Shown here: one piece after another, positions 11,138-22,620 of the stretch
Layout: each line of letters opens with the position of its first letter
Numbering within the stretch: position 1 is the first letter of the stretch
Source of the DNA: an uncultured Clostridia bacterium
GTDB lineage: Bacteria > Bacillota > Clostridia > TANB77 > CAG-465
Assembly: GCA_949106495.1 (NCBI GenBank)
Contig: CARYZD010000004.1
Coordinates: forward strand, 76,961-140,960
Reading direction: 5' to 3'
Length of the DNA: 64,000 bases
Made by a program: the position numbers and the translations under genes
Notes under the pieces: model-generated
Databases searched by the model: none
Seen by the model: the letters and a program-made list of their open reading frames with translations, nothing else
Told to the model about the DNA's origin: nothing

Positions 11138-11456
11138 TAACAAATTCAACTATATATCCAATAAATGCCCCAACCATTATAGTTGTTATTATAGTCCAAA
11201 CTGCACCAAATATTGAGTTTGATAAGGTATAAACTAAAGATGGTAAAGAAATTAATAATGATACAATAATTCCTTTAAAAACACTATTTAATTTAAAGTC
11301 CACTGAACTTATTAATATACCAATTACTACCCAAGTAATAAGTGTTGATATATATACTGTTATCTCTAAGTCTTTAGCCCAAAGTAGAAATAAACAATTT
11401 ATTATTCCAGCTATAACTCCTGAAATAAAACCACTAATATATTGTTTCATTATCAT
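11124..11456 (-). CDS. Hypothetical small integral membrane protein (110 aa, 3-4 TM)
   Basis: The ORF has hydrophobic helices and I recognise no motif. Confidence 0.5.
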   Translation of the reverse strand: MIMKQYISGFISGVIAGIINCLFLLWAKDLEITVYISTLITWVVIGILISSVDFKLNSVFKGIIVSLLISLPSLVYTLSNSIFGAVWTIITTIMVGAFIGYIVEFVNKKR

Positions 11457-11486
11457 ATTCTCCTTTATCTAAGTTAATTTAAATTA

Positions 11487-11867
11487 TTATTTTAAATTTA
11501 AATTAACTTCATTGCCTTCCATATCTGTACCAATTCCAGTTTTATAATTAACATCATATTTTTGAACAAAATTAGTCTCTTCTGTGCTGTCATAAATTTC
11601 AATAATCATAACATCGCTTCCATCAGAATACAATTTTATATCTGCTGGCATATTCCCAGTTTTTTCAAAATAATAATTCTTAGCATATTCTTTCCACTCA
11701 GCTGTTGTATATTCTTTAAATTCTTGTTCTTTTTCTGTTTTATCTTCTATTTTCTTATCATCATTACTTTTATTTAAATTTACTAATAATAAAATAATAG
11801 TCCCTATTATTACTATAAATACAAGTGCTGATATTATCAATCTTTTTTTATTCATATTTACCTCCAA
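11487..11867 (-). CDS. Hypothetical secreted or membrane-anchored protein (126 aa)
   Basis: It has an N-terminal signal anchor and I recognise no motif. Confidence 0.5.
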   Translation of the reverse strand: MEVNMNKKRLIISALVFIVIIGTIILLLVNLNKSNDDKKIEDKTEKEQEFKEYTTAEWKEYAKNYYFEKTGNMPADIKLYSDGSDVMIIEIYDSTEETNFVQKYDVNYKTGIGTDMEGNEVNLNLK

Positions 11868-12011
11868 AATTTATTTTTAATTTACTATATAATATCAAAA
11901 AAAATTATAAAAGTCTATTATTTTTGTTTATATTTATATATATAATTTTTATCATTTAACCTTAGTTATTAGCTCTTTATGGTGATAATTAGATAATTAT
12001 CTAAATAATAC

Positions 12012-12040
12012 ATAAAAAAAGATGATACTTTAAGTATCAC
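12012..12040 (-). terminator. Intrinsic terminator immediately after secY
   Basis: TGATAC / GTATCA stem followed on the minus strand by TCTTTTTTT. Confidence 0.5.
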
Positions 12041-12060
12041 CCTTTTAATTTATATAAATA

Positions 12061-13374
12061 TTATCCTAAGAAACCTGTATAATTTCTGCTTACCATTTGT
12101 GTTTCTACTGTATTTAGTATTTCAAGTCCAACACTTACTAAGATAAGTATAGAGTTTCCACTAAATGAAATAGATTGACTTGTGAAAGCTTGTAAAACTA
12201 TTGGTAAAATTGCTATTGCAGCAAGGAATAATGATCCTGCAGCAGTAATTTTTAATAAAACATTATTTATATATTCAGATGTATTTTTTCCTGCTCTAAT
12301 ACCAGGTATAAATCCACCATTTTTCTTTAAGTTATTTGCTATTTCTACTGGATTTACTATAAACATTGTATAAATAAATGTAAATAATATAATTAATGCC
12401 ATATATATTACAGCATATCCTACTAAGTATCCCCAATGGCTACTTGAAGAAGCTGTAAATAATGTATAAACACCTTTCCAGAATCCAGTTAGGCTATTTA
12501 CATCTGTAACTAACCCAATTATTATACCTGGAAATGACATAAATGACATTGCAAATATAAGTGGCATAACACCAGCCATAGCTAGTTTAATTGGAATATG
12601 TGTGCTTTGTCCGCCATACATTTTTCTTCCAACAACTCTTTTTGCATAGTTTACAGGTATTCTTCTTTCTGCTTTTTGAACAAAAACAACTCCTGCAACT
12701 ATAACAATTAATCCAACAATTAATGCAGCAAATACTAATATACCAGTAAATCCGCCACCTGCAATATTTGCAAATGATTTAATTGTTGATGGTAATCCTG
12801 CTACTATACCAAAGAAAACTATCATTGATATACCATTACCAATTCCATGTTCAGTTATTTTATCACCTAACCATGTTAGTAAAGAAGTACCAGCCATTAA
12901 AGAAATAATAAATAGGAAAAATCCTAAATACTTTCCAACACCATGTGTTAAATCTGTTAAAAGATAAGATCTATATGTAAAATATAGTCCTAGTCCTTCA
13001 ATAAACGCAAATGCAATTGTTAAATATTTAGTATAATTATTTAATTTCTTTCTTCCGCTTTCTCCTTCTTTTGCAAGTCTTTCAAGACTTGGTATTACAT
13101 ATTGTAATAGATTTAAAACAATAGATGCAGTAATGTATGGTCCTATAGTCATAGCAAATATAGATAATCTACTAAATGCTCCACCTGATATTAGGTTAAT
13201 CATTGAAGATAAACCATTTGAGCTTGCACCTAATTGTTCATTTATTGCTATTTTATCTAGACCAGGTATAGTTATAAAAGTACCAAGTCTAAATAATAAT
13301 AGTATTAAGAAAGTAAATAGCAATTTCTTTCTAATATCTTTAACTGAGAATATGTTTTTTATATCTTGTAACAT
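12061..13374 (-). CDS. secY: Protein translocase subunit SecY
   Basis: It is a 437-aa protein with 10 TM helices. It follows rplO as in the spc operon. Confidence 0.93.
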   Translation of the reverse strand: MLQDIKNIFSVKDIRKKLLFTFLILLLFRLGTFITIPGLDKIAINEQLGASSNGLSSMINLISGGAFSRLSIFAMTIGPYITASIVLNLLQYVIPSLERLAKEGESGRKKLNNYTKYLTIAFAFIEGLGLYFTYRSYLLTDLTHGVGKYLGFFLFIISLMAGTSLLTWLGDKITEHGIGNGISMIVFFGIVAGLPSTIKSFANIAGGGFTGILVFAALIVGLIVIVAGVVFVQKAERRIPVNYAKRVVGRKMYGGQSTHIPIKLAMAGVMPLIFAMSFMSFPGIIIGLVTDVNSLTGFWKGVYTLFTASSSSHWGYLVGYAVIYMALIILFTFIYTMFIVNPVEIANNLKKNGGFIPGIRAGKNTSEYINNVLLKITAAGSLFLAAIAILPIVLQAFTSQSISFSGNSILILVSVGLEILNTVETQMVSRNYTGFLG

Positions 13375-13375
13375 A

Positions 13376-13816
13376 CTACTTCACCTCAGTCTTTCCACCT
13401 ACAGCTTGTATTTTTTCTTCAGCAGTTTTTGAGAATTTTTTTGCTACAACAGTAAGTTTCTTTGTAAGTGTTCCGTTACCTAAAACTTTAACACCATCTA
13501 ATTCTTTCTTTATAATTCCTTCTGACATTAATAGTTCAGCATTAACAACTGTATCATTTTCGAATTTTTCTAAATCACTTAAATTAACAATTGCATATTC
13601 AACTGCAAAATGATTTTTAAATCCTCTTTTAGGAATTCTTCTGTATAAAGGTGTTTGTCCACCTTCAAACCCTCTTCTAATGCTACCGCCTGTTCTAGCT
13701 TTTTGACCTTTATGTCCTTTTCCAGCTGTTTTTCCAAGACCACTTCCTGTACCTCTTCCAACTCTTTTTGAGGTAGTAGTAGCACCATATGCTGGAGCTA
13801 ATTCGTGTATCTTCAT
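13376..13816 (-). CDS. rplO: 50S ribosomal protein L15
   Basis: It contains [24 protein letters not shown]. Confidence 0.95.
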   Translation of the reverse strand: MKIHELAPAYGATTTSKRVGRGTGSGLGKTAGKGHKGQKARTGGSIRRGFEGGQTPLYRRIPKRGFKNHFAVEYAIVNLSDLEKFENDTVVNAELLMSEGIIKKELDGVKVLGNGTLTKKLTVVAKKFSKTAEEKIQAVGGKTEVK

Positions 13817-13861
13817 TCAAGCTTCCTCCTCTCTTATAAATTACTAGTAATCATTATATCA

Positions 13862-14353
13862 TTATTTTAGTATTTCTTCTACTGTTTTTCCTCTAAGTTT
13901 AGCAACTTCTTCTGGTGTTCTCATAGCTTTTAAAGCTTTAACTGTTGCATAAACAATGTTTCTGCTGTTACGAGAACCAAGAGTTTTAGCTGTTACGTTT
14001 TTAACACCTGCAAGTTCTAGAACAGGTCTTACTGCACCACCTGCAATGATACCTGTACCTTCAACTGCTGGTTTTAATATAACTTTAGATGAACCAAAGT
14101 TTGTAGTGTATTCATGAGGTAAAGTACCATTAACTAATGATACTTCAACTAAGTTTTTCTTAGCGTCATCAGTTGCTTTTTTAATAGCTTCTGGAACTTC
14201 TGCTGATTTTCCTGTACCAACACCGATGTGACCATTTTCATCGCCAACAACTACTAATACACTAAATCTAAAAGTTCTACCACCTTTAACAACTTTAGCT
14301 ACTCTGCTTACATTAACAACTTTTTCTTTTAATTCAGTTTTAGTTTCTGCCAT
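13862..14353 (-). CDS. rpsE: 30S ribosomal protein S5
   Basis: It contains [24 protein letters not shown]. The start was set at MAETK, where AAGGAG lies 8 nt upstream. The first ATG of the ORF lies within that RBS. Confidence 0.93.
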   Translation of the reverse strand: MAETKTELKEKVVNVSRVAKVVKGGRTFRFSVLVVVGDENGHIGVGTGKSAEVPEAIKKATDDAKKNLVEVSLVNGTLPHEYTTNFGSSKVILKPAVEGTGIIAGGAVRPVLELAGVKNVTAKTLGSRNSRNIVYATVKALKAMRTPEEVAKLRGKTVEEILK

Positions 14354-14370
14354 TATAGTTTCTCCTTTCA

Positions 14371-14730
14371 TTAGAATTCTAATCCAGCTTCTCTTGCTGC
14401 ATCTGCTAATGCTTTAACTTTTCCATGGTATAAATAACCATTTCTATCAAAGACTACAGTGTTAATTTTTGCTTTTTTAGCACGTTCTGCGATTAATTTA
14501 CCAACTTCTGTTGCTGCTTCAATGTTAGATGCTTTAGCTTTAACTTCTTTATCTAATGTTGATGCTGAGCAAATAGTAGTTTGTTTTTCATCGTCTATTA
14601 ATTGTGCATATATGTTATTTAGACTTTTGAAAACACAAAGTCTTGGTCTCATAGAAGTACCTTGAACTTTAGTTCTTACTCTTTTTTGTCTAATAGTTCT
14701 TGTAACATTTCTATCTGTCTTATTAATCAT
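14371..14730 (-). CDS. rplR: 50S ribosomal protein L18
   Basis: Sequence match to L18 and position in the conserved operon. Confidence 0.95.
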   Translation of the reverse strand: MINKTDRNVTRTIRQKRVRTKVQGTSMRPRLCVFKSLNNIYAQLIDDEKQTTICSASTLDKEVKAKASNIEAATEVGKLIAERAKKAKINTVVFDRNGYLYHGKVKALADAAREAGLEF

Positions 14731-14758
14731 CTTAAGACTCCCTCCTTAACTTCTAAGA

Positions 14759-15295
14759 TTATTTTTTACCGCCAGCTTTTCCTTCTTTTCTTATTATTCT
14801 TTCGCTAGCGTATTTGATTCCTTTACCTTTATATGGTTCAGGTTCTCTTTTTTCTCTAATATTAGCAGCTACTTGACCAACAACTTGTTTGTTGATACCT
14901 TTTACTACTATTGTATTTGGATTTGGTACATCTATAGTTATTCCTTCAATTTCCTCAACTTCAACAGGATGAGAATAACCTAAAGTTAGTACTAATTTAT
15001 TACCTTGTTTTTGTGCTCTGTATCCTATACCGTTTACTTCTAATGTTTTTTCAAATCCAGTAGTAACACCGATTACCATATTGTTAATTAAAGTTCTAGT
15101 TAATCCATGAATATTTCCGTTTGCTTCACTATCTACTGTAACTTTAATTTCATTTCCTTCTTGTGCTATATTAACACAAGGTAAAAATTCTTGTGTTAAA
15201 GTTCCTTTTGGTCCTTTAACTGTAACTGTGTTTCCTTCGATTTTTACTTCAACACCAGCTGGTATTTCGATAGGATTTTTACCTATTCTTGACAT
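14759..15295 (-). CDS. rplF: 50S ribosomal protein L6
   Basis: It begins [17 protein letters not shown]. Confidence 0.95.
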   Translation of the reverse strand: MSRIGKNPIEIPAGVEVKIEGNTVTVKGPKGTLTQEFLPCVNIAQEGNEIKVTVDSEANGNIHGLTRTLINNMVIGVTTGFEKTLEVNGIGYRAQKQGNKLVLTLGYSHPVEVEEIEGITIDVPNPNTIVVKGINKQVVGQVAANIREKREPEPYKGKGIKYASERIIRKEGKAGGKK

Positions 15296-15329
15296 TTGGT
15301 ATACCCTCCTTTATATATTAAATTCTTAA

Positions 15330-15722
15330 TTACCAAATATATGCTAAAACTTCGCCACCAACATTTTCTTTTCTAGCAGCTTTATCTGTCATTATTCCTT
15401 TAGATGTAGAAATAATAGCAATACCTAAACCATTTAATACTCTAGGTAAGTCTTCTACATTTGCATATATTCTTAGACCTGGTTTACTAATTCTTTTTAA
15501 ACCTTGTAAAACTTTTACATTGTTTTGATATTTTAATGTAATTCTCATAGTTTTGTGATTATCTTCAATAATATCTATTGATTCAACAAAACCTTCAGAT
15601 ACTAAAATATTTGCTATTGCTTCTTTTTCCTTAGAATAAGGAACGTCAACTGTTGCATGTCTTTGAGCGTTAGCATTTCTTATTCTAGTTAACATGTCTG
15701 CAATTGGATCTGTTGTATTCAT
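15330..15722 (-). CDS. rpsH: 30S ribosomal protein S8
   Basis: It contains [13 protein letters not shown]. Confidence 0.95.
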   Translation of the reverse strand: MNTTDPIADMLTRIRNANAQRHATVDVPYSKEKEAIANILVSEGFVESIDIIEDNHKTMRITLKYQNNVKVLQGLKRISKPGLRIYANVEDLPRVLNGLGIAIISTSKGIMTDKAARKENVGGEVLAYIW

Positions 15723-15741
15723 TGCCTTTTTTCCTCCTTTT

Positions 15742-15927
15742 CTACCAGCTTGCTTTTTTTACACCTGGTATATCTCCTTGATATGCTAATTTTCTAAAGC
15801 ATAAACGGCATATTCCATATTTTCTCATGTAAGAGTGTGGTCTTCCACATATTTTACATCTGTTATAATATCTTGTGCTAAACTTTGGTTCTCTTTGTTG
15901 TTTAGCTATCATAGATTTTTTTGCCAT
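15742..15927 (-). CDS. rpsZ: 30S ribosomal protein S14 type Z (zinc-binding, 61 aa)
   Basis: It has the CxxC...CxxC motif ([20 protein letters not shown]). Confidence 0.95.
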   Translation of the reverse strand: MAKKSMIAKQQREPKFSTRYYNRCKICGRPHSYMRKYGICRLCFRKLAYQGDIPGVKKASW

Positions 15928-15939
15928 TTCAAGTCCTCC

Positions 15940-16479
15940 CTACTTTTCAGCGAATGGTAAGCCTAATAATTTTAATAATTCATAAGCTTCTTCATCTGTT
16001 TTTGCAGTTGTTACAAATACGATGTCCATTCCTCTTACTTTATCAATTTTATCATATTCTATTTCAGGGAAAATAATTTGTTCTTTTACTCCCATGTTAT
16101 AGTTTCCTTTTCCATCAAAAGATTTAGGGTTAACACCTTTAAAATCTCTTACACGTGGAAGTGCTACATTAAAGAATTTAGTAGCAAAATCGTACATTTT
16201 TGCACTTCTTAATGTTACTTTGCATCCAATATTCATACCTTCTCTTAATTTGAAAGCAGCGATTGATTTTTTAGCTTTAGTAACAATTGGTTTTTGTCCA
16301 GAAATAACTTCAAGTTCTCCCATAGCTACGTCTAAAGCTTTAGAGCTATCTTTAACTTCTGAAACACCCATGTTTATAACTATTTTTTCAAGCTTTGGTA
16401 CTTGCATAATAGATTTGTATCCAAATTTTTCCATTAATGCAGGAACAACTTCAGCTTTATATTTTTCTTTAAGGTTCAT
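15940..16479 (-). CDS. rplE: 50S ribosomal protein L5
   Basis: Sequence match to L5 and position in the conserved operon. Confidence 0.95.
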   Translation of the reverse strand: MNLKEKYKAEVVPALMEKFGYKSIMQVPKLEKIVINMGVSEVKDSSKALDVAMGELEVISGQKPIVTKAKKSIAAFKLREGMNIGCKVTLRSAKMYDFATKFFNVALPRVRDFKGVNPKSFDGKGNYNMGVKEQIIFPEIEYDKIDKVRGMDIVFVTTAKTDEEAYELLKLLGLPFAEK

Positions 16480-16497
16480 TTAATTTTTCCCTCCTTA

Positions 16498-16818
16498 CTA
16501 CTTCATTTCGTTACAGCATTTGCAAAATCTTGTTTTAGTTCCATCTTCATTAACTTTAACTCCAAGTCTTACACCTTTTCCACATTTATCACAATAAAAG
16601 CTTACTTTAGATGCATAAATTGGATTTTCAGATTTAATGATTCCAGATTCTTGACCTTGCTTTCTAGCCTTAACATGTTTTGTTCTAACATTTATATCTT
16701 TAACAGTTACTTTACCAGATTTTTTATCTATATCTAATATAGTACCTTTTTTACCTTTTTCAGCTCCTGTATTTACTATTACAGTATCACCTTTTTTTAA
16801 TTTAATTTTTGTTAACAC
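16498..16818 (-). CDS. rplX: 50S ribosomal protein L24 (clostridial form with C-terminal CxxC...CxxC zinc ribbon)
   Basis: It has the KOW motif KKGDTVIVNTG and a C-terminal CDKCGK...CKCC ribbon. Confidence 0.93.
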   Translation of the reverse strand: MLTKIKLKKGDTVIVNTGAEKGKKGTILDIDKKSGKVTVKDINVRTKHVKARKQGQESGIIKSENPIYASKVSFYCDKCGKGVRLGVKVNEDGTKTRFCKCCNEMK

Positions 16819-16838
16819 TTTACTTTCACCTCCGTATA

Positions 16839-17207
16839 TTAAAGAACTTCAGGTGCTAGAGATAAAATCTTCATGTATTCATTATCTCTTAGTTCTCTTG
16901 CTACTGGTCCAAAAATACGTGTTCCTCTTGGTGTTTTATCATCTTTGATTAAAACTGCAGCGTTTTCATCAAATCTAATATATGAACCATCTTCACGTCT
17001 AAGACCTCTTTTACTTCTAACTATTACAGCTTTAACAACATCGCCTTTTTTTACTGCAGAGTTAGGTGCTGCTTTCTTTACAGAAGCAACGATAACATCA
17101 CCAATGTTACCCCATTTTCTGTAAGAACCACCAAGAACTCTAATACACATTAATTCTTTAGCTCCAGTGTTGTCTGCAACTTTTAATAATGTTTGTTGTT
17201 GTATCAT
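16839..17207 (-). CDS. rplN: 50S ribosomal protein L14
   Basis: It begins [17 protein letters not shown]. Confidence 0.95.
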   Translation of the reverse strand: MIQQQTLLKVADNTGAKELMCIRVLGGSYRKWGNIGDVIVASVKKAAPNSAVKKGDVVKAVIVRSKRGLRREDGSYIRFDENAAVLIKDDKTPRGTRIFGPVARELRDNEYMKILSLAPEVL

Positions 17208-17236
17208 GGATTAGTCCTCCCTTCAAATATATTTTA

Positions 17237-17512
17237 CTATTTAACTTTTTCCACAATTCTTACAAGTCTATATCTTTTATCTTTACTTAGTGGTCTAGTT
17301 TCCATTACTTCTACGATATCTCCAATATCACATTCGTTGTTTTCATCATGAGCTTTAATTCTTAAAGTATGATTTTTAATTTTATTATAAAGTGGATCTT
17401 TTACTTTGTCATCTATAGCAACAACGATAGTTTTATCCATTTTATTACTTACAACTTTTCCTTGTTTAGTTTTTCTTAAATTTCTTTCCACGTTCTTTTC
17501 CTCCTTTACCAC
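17237..17512 (-). CDS. rpsQ: 30S ribosomal protein S17
   Basis: It contains [20 protein letters not shown]...HDENNE. Confidence 0.93.
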   Translation of the reverse strand: MVKEEKNVERNLRKTKQGKVVSNKMDKTIVVAIDDKVKDPLYNKIKNHTLRIKAHDENNECDIGDIVEVMETRPLSKDKRYRLVRIVEKVK

Positions 17513-17712
17513 TAATTATTTTCCTTTTCTGTTATTACAGTATTAACTCTAGCTATTTCTTTTTTAACTAAAGTTATTTTCTTAGGGTTATCAAGGCCGT
17601 TTAGAGAGTTTTGAAATCTTAATTTAAAAAGTTCATTTTTAAGTTCTTTTAACTCTTTTTGTAGTTGTTCAACTGACATATTTTTATATTCATTGATTTT
17701 ACTAGATTTCAT
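17512..17712 (-). CDS. rpmC: 50S ribosomal protein L29
   Basis: It is 66 aa and contains LRFQ. Confidence 0.9.
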   Translation of the reverse strand: MKSSKINEYKNMSVEQLQKELKELKNELFKLRFQNSLNGLDNPKKITLVKKEIARVNTVITEKENN

Positions 17713-18137
17713 TATTGTTCTCCTCCTTGTTCTTCTCTTTTAACTATTTTACATCTAATAGGAAGTTTGTGAATAGCTTTAGCTAAAACTTCTTTTGAAG
17801 CAGCTTCGTCAAGACCTGAAATTTCAAACATTACTCTTCCTGGTTTAACAACAGCTACAAAGTATTCTGGATTTCCTTTACCAGAACCCATACGAGATTC
17901 AGCTGGGTGTTTAGTAATAGGTTTATCTGGGAATATTTTTATCCAAGATTTACCAACTTTTTTAGTATATCTTGAAAGTGTAACTCTGACAGATTCTATT
18001 TGGTTAGCTGTAATCCAAGCTGGTTCTAATGCTTGAATTCCATATTCACCATTTGTTACTTTAGTACCTCTTTGAGCTTTTCCTTTTAAGATACCTTTTT
18101 GTACTTTTCTATATTTAGTTCTTTTTGGTGATAACAT
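17712..18137 (-). CDS. rplP: 50S ribosomal protein L16
   Basis: It contains [11 protein letters not shown] and RMGSGKG. Confidence 0.95.
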   Translation of the reverse strand: MLSPKRTKYRKVQKGILKGKAQRGTKVTNGEYGIQALEPAWITANQIESVRVTLSRYTKKVGKSWIKIFPDKPITKHPAESRMGSGKGNPEYFVAVVKPGRVMFEISGLDEAASKEVLAKAIHKLPIRCKIVKREEQGGEQ

Positions 18138-18793
18138 TATTTATTACCTCCTTCTGTTTTTTTAGCAGGAAGTACTTCTCCTTTATATATCCAAACCTTA
18201 ACACCTATGATACCATAAGTTGTTTTTGCTTCTGCAAAACCATAATCTATGTCTGCTCTTAAAGTTTGAAGAGGAATTGTACCTTCATGATATGATTCTG
18301 TTCTAGCAATTTCTGCTCCACCTAAACGTCCAGATACAGCAGTTTTAATTCCTAGTGCTCCTGCTTTCATAGTTTTTTGAATTGCTTGTTTCATAGCTTT
18401 TCTAAAAGATATTCTCTTTTCAAGTTGTAAAGCAATGTTTTCAGCAACTAATTGTGCAGCCATATCTACATCTTTAATTTCAACTATGTTTAAAGATATT
18501 TCTTTTCCAACTTTTTTGCTTAATTTTGTTTTAATTTCTTCGATTGCTGCTCCACCTTTTCCGATTATCATACCAGGTTTAGCTGCATATATATCTACTA
18601 AGACTCTTTCACCTTTTCTTGCGATTTCTATTTTATAGATACCAGCTGGTTTTAATAAGTCTTTAAGGTATTTACGAATGTTGTAATCTTCTACTAGGTT
18701 ATTAGAATAATCTTGTTTATTAGCATACCATGTTGAAGACCAGTTTTTTATAATTCCAACTCTAAGTCCGTGTGGACTAACTTTTTGTCCCAT
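18137..18793 (-). CDS. rpsC: 30S ribosomal protein S3
   Basis: It begins [13 protein letters not shown] and has a KH domain. Confidence 0.95.
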   Translation of the reverse strand: MGQKVSPHGLRVGIIKNWSSTWYANKQDYSNNLVEDYNIRKYLKDLLKPAGIYKIEIARKGERVLVDIYAAKPGMIIGKGGAAIEEIKTKLSKKVGKEISLNIVEIKDVDMAAQLVAENIALQLEKRISFRKAMKQAIQKTMKAGALGIKTAVSGRLGGAEIARTESYHEGTIPLQTLRADIDYGFAEAKTTYGIIGVKVWIYKGEVLPAKKTEGGNK

Positions 18794-18809
18794 TTTAAAC
18801 TTACCTCCT

Positions 18810-19151
18810 TTATGCTTCTTTTAACACAACTGTAATGTGACTTGTTCTTTTTCTAATTCTATTTGCTCTACCTTGAGCTCTAGGCATAATTCTTTTCATT
18901 GTAGTTCCTTGGTTAGCAAATATTTCTGAAATGTATAATTTACTTTCATCCATATTATGATTGTTAACTGCATTAGCCATTGCTGATTTAACTAATTTTT
19001 CAACTACAGGTGCAGCTGCTTTATTAGTGTATTTTAATATTGCTATAGCTTCTTTAGCATTTTTTCCTCTAATAGTATCGATAACTATTTTAACTTTTCT
19101 AGCACTTATTCTAGCATGGCGTAACTCAGCTCTTGCTTGTTTTTCTTCCAT
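18810..19151 (-). CDS. rplV: 50S ribosomal protein L22
   Basis: Sequence match to L22 and position in the conserved operon. Confidence 0.95.
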   Translation of the reverse strand: MEEKQARAELRHARISARKVKIVIDTIRGKNAKEAIAILKYTNKAAAPVVEKLVKSAMANAVNNHNMDESKLYISEIFANQGTTMKRIMPRAQGRANRIRKRTSHITVVLKEA

Positions 19152-19182
19152 TTTTAGGCTCCTCCTTCATTAAAGTTTTAAA

Positions 19183-19461
19183 CTATCTTACTTTAGACTT
19201 TTTATCTCCTGAATGTCCTCTGAATAATCTTGTAGGAGCAAATTCTCCTAACTTATGTCCAACCATTTCTTCTGTTACATATACTGGAACATGTTTTCTT
19301 CCATCATGTACTGCAATAGTGTGACCAATCATTTGAGGATATATAGTAGAGGATCTTGACCAAGTCTTTATAGCTTCTTTTTTATCTTCTTCATTTAATT
19401 TTTCAACCTTTGCTAATAATCTTTCATCAACATAAGGTCCTTTTTTAAGTGATCTTGACAT
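19183..19461 (-). CDS. rpsS: 30S ribosomal protein S19
   Basis: It begins [12 protein letters not shown]. Confidence 0.95.
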   Translation of the reverse strand: MSRSLKKGPYVDERLLAKVEKLNEEDKKEAIKTWSRSSTIYPQMIGHTIAVHDGRKHVPVYVTEEMVGHKLGEFAPTRLFRGHSGDKKSKVR

Positions 19462-19479
19462 CTTCTATACCTCCAAATA

Positions 19480-20313
19480 CTATTTTTTATTTCTTCTCTT
19501 AACAATATATTTATCTGTTCTATTGTTAGTTTTTCTTGTTTTATATCCATGAGCTGGTTTACCCCAAGGAGTTCTTGGTCCAGTGTGTCCAACTGGAGCT
19601 CTACCTTCACCACCACCATGTGGGTGATCAACTGGGTTCATAACAGAACCTCTAACTGTAGGTCTTATTCCCATATGTCTTGTTCTTCCTGCTTTACCTA
19701 ATTTTACAATTTCAGATTCTACATTACCTACTTGACCTATACATGCTCTACATTCAACATTTACAAGTCTCATTTCTCCTGAAGGCATTCTTACATGTGC
19801 ATATTTTCCTTCTTTAGCCATAAGTTGTGCAGACATACCAGCACTTCTTACAAGTTGTGCACCTTTACCTTTATGTAGTTCTATATTATATATCATAGTA
19901 CCTACTGGTATTGCATCTATTGGCATACAGTTACCTGGTTTAATATCAGCTTTAGCAGAAGCTATAACTTTATCACCATCTGTAAGTCCTAGTGGAGCAA
20001 TTATATATGCTCTTTCACCATCTTCATATTCGATTAAAGCGATATTAGCAGTTCTATTTGGATCATATTCGATACCGATTACTGTTGCTTCCATATCAAC
20101 TTTATTTCTTTTAAAATCAATTACTCTATATTTTCTTCTGTTTCCGCCACCGTGATGTCTTACAGTTATTTTACCAGTATTGTTTCTTCCTGCATTTTTC
20201 TTTAATGTAGTAAGTAAACTTTTTTCTGGTGTATTTTTTGTAATCTCATCGTTTGTTAATGCTGTTGTATTTCTTAGTGATGGAGTAACAGGTTTAAATG
20301 ATTTTATTCCCAT
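19480..20313 (-). CDS. rplB: 50S ribosomal protein L2
   Basis: It contains GGGHKR-type motifs and is 277 aa. Confidence 0.95.
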   Translation of the reverse strand: MGIKSFKPVTPSLRNTTALTNDEITKNTPEKSLLTTLKKNAGRNNTGKITVRHHGGGNRRKYRVIDFKRNKVDMEATVIGIEYDPNRTANIALIEYEDGERAYIIAPLGLTDGDKVIASAKADIKPGNCMPIDAIPVGTMIYNIELHKGKGAQLVRSAGMSAQLMAKEGKYAHVRMPSGEMRLVNVECRACIGQVGNVESEIVKLGKAGRTRHMGIRPTVRGSVMNPVDHPHGGGEGRAPVGHTGPRTPWGKPAHGYKTRKTNNRTDKYIVKRRNKK

Positions 20314-20326
20314 TTTTTATTCCCTC

Positions 20327-20689
20327 CTAGTTATTTCCAAATGCTGAACTAATTTCTTCTATTTCAGTTTTATATTTTTTATTAACTTTAGTTTCTTTTC
20401 CACCTTTTGCAAGATATTTAACATCTGCTGGGTTAGTATCAATACTTACTATAGCTTTTTTCCAAGCTTTAGTTACCCCTTGGTGTACTCCAACTCTTTT
20501 AGCTTTTCCATCATATCTTAAAGTGTTTACTTTTAAAACCTTAACACCAAAAAGTTCTTCAACTGCATTTTTAATTTCAACTTTTGATGAATTTAAAGCA
20601 ACTTCAAAAGTATATTTTCCGTTTGCAATTTCACTATAACTTTTTTCAGTCATTATAGGTTTGATTATAACGTCTTCTGCGTGTCTCAT
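20327..20689 (-). CDS. rplW: 50S ribosomal protein L23 with a roughly 30-aa C-terminal extension
   Basis: It has an L23 core up to KKAIVS. It then has an extra lysine-rich tail, giving 120 aa rather than about 95. Confidence 0.9.
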   Translation of the reverse strand: MRHAEDVIIKPIMTEKSYSEIANGKYTFEVALNSSKVEIKNAVEELFGVKVLKVNTLRYDGKAKRVGVHQGVTKAWKKAIVSIDTNPADVKYLAKGGKETKVNKKYKTEIEEISSAFGNN

Positions 20690-21309
20690 TATGCGTACAC
20701 CTCCTCTAATTTCTTAATAGCTTCTTTAGTTACTACTAATGAATCATATTTTAATAAATCAAATATATTCATTGTGTTTACTAAAGTAGTTTTTACACCT
20801 TCAATGTTTCTAGCTGATGCTTGAACATTTAAGTTTTTCTCATTTAACATTACTAAAGCATTGTTAACATTTAAGTTTGTTAAAACATTAACCATGTTTT
20901 TAGTTTTTACTTCATTTAATTCTAGTTTATCAACTACAACTAATTTTCCTTCTTGTACTTTTGAAGTTAGTACAGATTTGAATGCAAGTTGTTTTACTTT
21001 TCTAGGAATTGAATATCTATAAGATCTAGGTTTTGGTCCTAAAGCAATACCACCTTTAATCCATTGTGGAGCTCTTATTGAACCTTGTCTAGCTCTACCA
21101 GTTCCTTTTTGTTTCCATGGTTTTCTTCCACCACCACTTACTTCAGATCTTGTTTTAGTAGATTGAGTTCCTTGTCTTTGGTTAGCTTGGAAATTAACTA
21201 ATGCTGTATGAACAGCTACTTCATTAACTTCAATTCCAAAAACATTTTCGTTTAACTCAATATCTTCTACTTTTTTACCATCCATATTTAAAACGTCAAC
21301 TTTTAGCAT
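20689..21309 (-). CDS. rplD: 50S ribosomal protein L4
   Basis: Sequence match to L4 and position in the conserved operon. Confidence 0.95.
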   Translation of the reverse strand: MLKVDVLNMDGKKVEDIELNENVFGIEVNEVAVHTALVNFQANQRQGTQSTKTRSEVSGGGRKPWKQKGTGRARQGSIRAPQWIKGGIALGPKPRSYRYSIPRKVKQLAFKSVLTSKVQEGKLVVVDKLELNEVKTKNMVNVLTNLNVNNALVMLNEKNLNVQASARNIEGVKTTLVNTMNIFDLLKYDSLVVTKEAIKKLEEVYA

Positions 21310-21328
21310 TTTTTCTCCTCCTTCCCGC

Positions 21329-21955
21329 TTACTTTACACTTTTTCTTACTCTAACAATAGCTTTTTTAGCTCCTGGAATAGAACCTTTTACTAAAATAAC
21401 ATTTTTGTCAGTATCAACTTTAACAACATCTAAATTTAAAATTGTAGATGTTTTGCTTCCCATGTGTCCTGGTAATTTTTTACCTTTAAATACTCTACCT
21501 GGAGTTGTTGTAGAACCCATTGAACCTGGTCTTCTATGATACATAGAACCATGTCCCATTGGTCCTCTGTGTTGTCCATGTCTTTTGATAACACCTTGGA
21601 ATCCTTTACCTTTAGATGTTCCTTGAACATCAACAGTATCTTCTGTAGTGAAAGCATCAACTGTAATTTTGCTTCCAATTTCATATTCATCTACATTTTC
21701 TACTCTAATTTCTCTTAGGTATTTTTGAAGTTCAACACCTGCTTTTGCAAATATTCCTCTGTGAGGTTTGTTTGCGTTTTTTTCTTTAATTTCACCAAAG
21801 CTTACTACAATTGCATTGTATCCATCTTTATCTGCAGTTTTTTTAGCAACTACTGTTAATGGTTGAGCTTCGATTGCTGTTACTGGTATAGCTACTCCAT
21901 TTTCATCAAATATTTGAGTCATACCAACTTTTCTTCCGTAAATTTCTTTTACCAT
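21329..21955 (-). CDS. rplC: 50S ribosomal protein L3
   Basis: Sequence match to L3 and position in the conserved operon. Confidence 0.95.
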   Translation of the reverse strand: MVKEIYGRKVGMTQIFDENGVAIPVTAIEAQPLTVVAKKTADKDGYNAIVVSFGEIKEKNANKPHRGIFAKAGVELQKYLREIRVENVDEYEIGSKITVDAFTTEDTVDVQGTSKGKGFQGVIKRHGQHRGPMGHGSMYHRRPGSMGSTTTPGRVFKGKKLPGHMGSKTSTILNLDVVKVDTDKNVILVKGSIPGAKKAIVRVRKSVK

Positions 21956-22056
21956 TTTGATTTCCTCCCTTAAAATTTTTTACTTCATCCAAATTTTAAT
22001 ATCAGGGTATGCCATTGCCTGTAATCAGGATAGCCTATTAAAATTTTAGAAGTTTA

Positions 22057-22374
22057 TTATAATTTAACTTCGATGTCTACACCAGCTGGCATATCAATTG
22101 ACATTAATGCATCAACTGTTGCTTGGTTTGGTGATAATACATCAATAACTCTTTTATGAGTTCTCATTTCAAATTGTTCTCTTGAATCTTTATGTTTGTG
22201 TGGAGAACGTAATATTGTAATGATTTCTTTTTCAGTAGGTAGTGGAATTGGACCTGAAACTTCAGAACCAGTTTTTCTAGCTACTTCAACAATTTTTGTT
22301 GCCGCTTGTTCAAGCACAACGTGATCATAAGCTTTAAGTCTTATTCTCATTTTTTTAGTTTGTTCTTTTGACAT
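22057..22374 (-). CDS. rpsJ: 30S ribosomal protein S10
   Basis: It begins [18 protein letters not shown]. It is the first gene of the S10 operon. Confidence 0.95.
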   Translation of the reverse strand: MSKEQTKKMRIRLKAYDHVVLEQAATKIVEVARKTGSEVSGPIPLPTEKEIITILRSPHKHKDSREQFEMRTHKRVIDVLSPNQATVDALMSIDMPAGVDIEVKL

Positions 22375-22394
22375 ATGTAAAACACTCCTTTTCT

Positions 22395-22620
22395 ATAGTT
22401 TGCCGGTTTGACAAGTTTTACACCACCCCGTGTGTTTCATATTTTACATATATTAAAACCAAATTCTACACAAGTAGGAATTTGGCAAATACACGTTAAT
22501 CTATACTTGCCGCCCGATTTAAAATCAGACATGCTCCATAGAAGTTCCCTACCTCGCTGGGTAGCCACATTCTACTTCAACGCAAATCAACATCAATATT
22601 ATACACGAGTTATTAAAAAA
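22395..22620 (-). promoter_or_regulatory. GC-enriched, structured 5' leader or candidate cis-regulatory RNA upstream of rpsJ
   Basis: Local GC is clearly above the surrounding roughly 27%. There are nested hairpins, for example TAGAA..CTACC-tcgctg-GGTAG..TTCTA at 22539-22574. No ORF with an RBS is present. Confidence 0.3.

Noticed and set aside
13579-13788. Alternative-frame minus-strand ORF inside rplO.
   Set aside because: It lies entirely within the L15 coding sequence in another frame and lacks support.
19413-19631. 72-aa minus-strand ORF spanning the rplB/rpsS junction.
   Set aside because: It is out of frame with both ribosomal genes and is an artefact of the six-frame scan.
21436-21718. 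ORFs 21436..21690 (-) and 21536..21718 (+) inside rplC.
   Set aside because: They are alternative-frame or antisense ORFs within L3.
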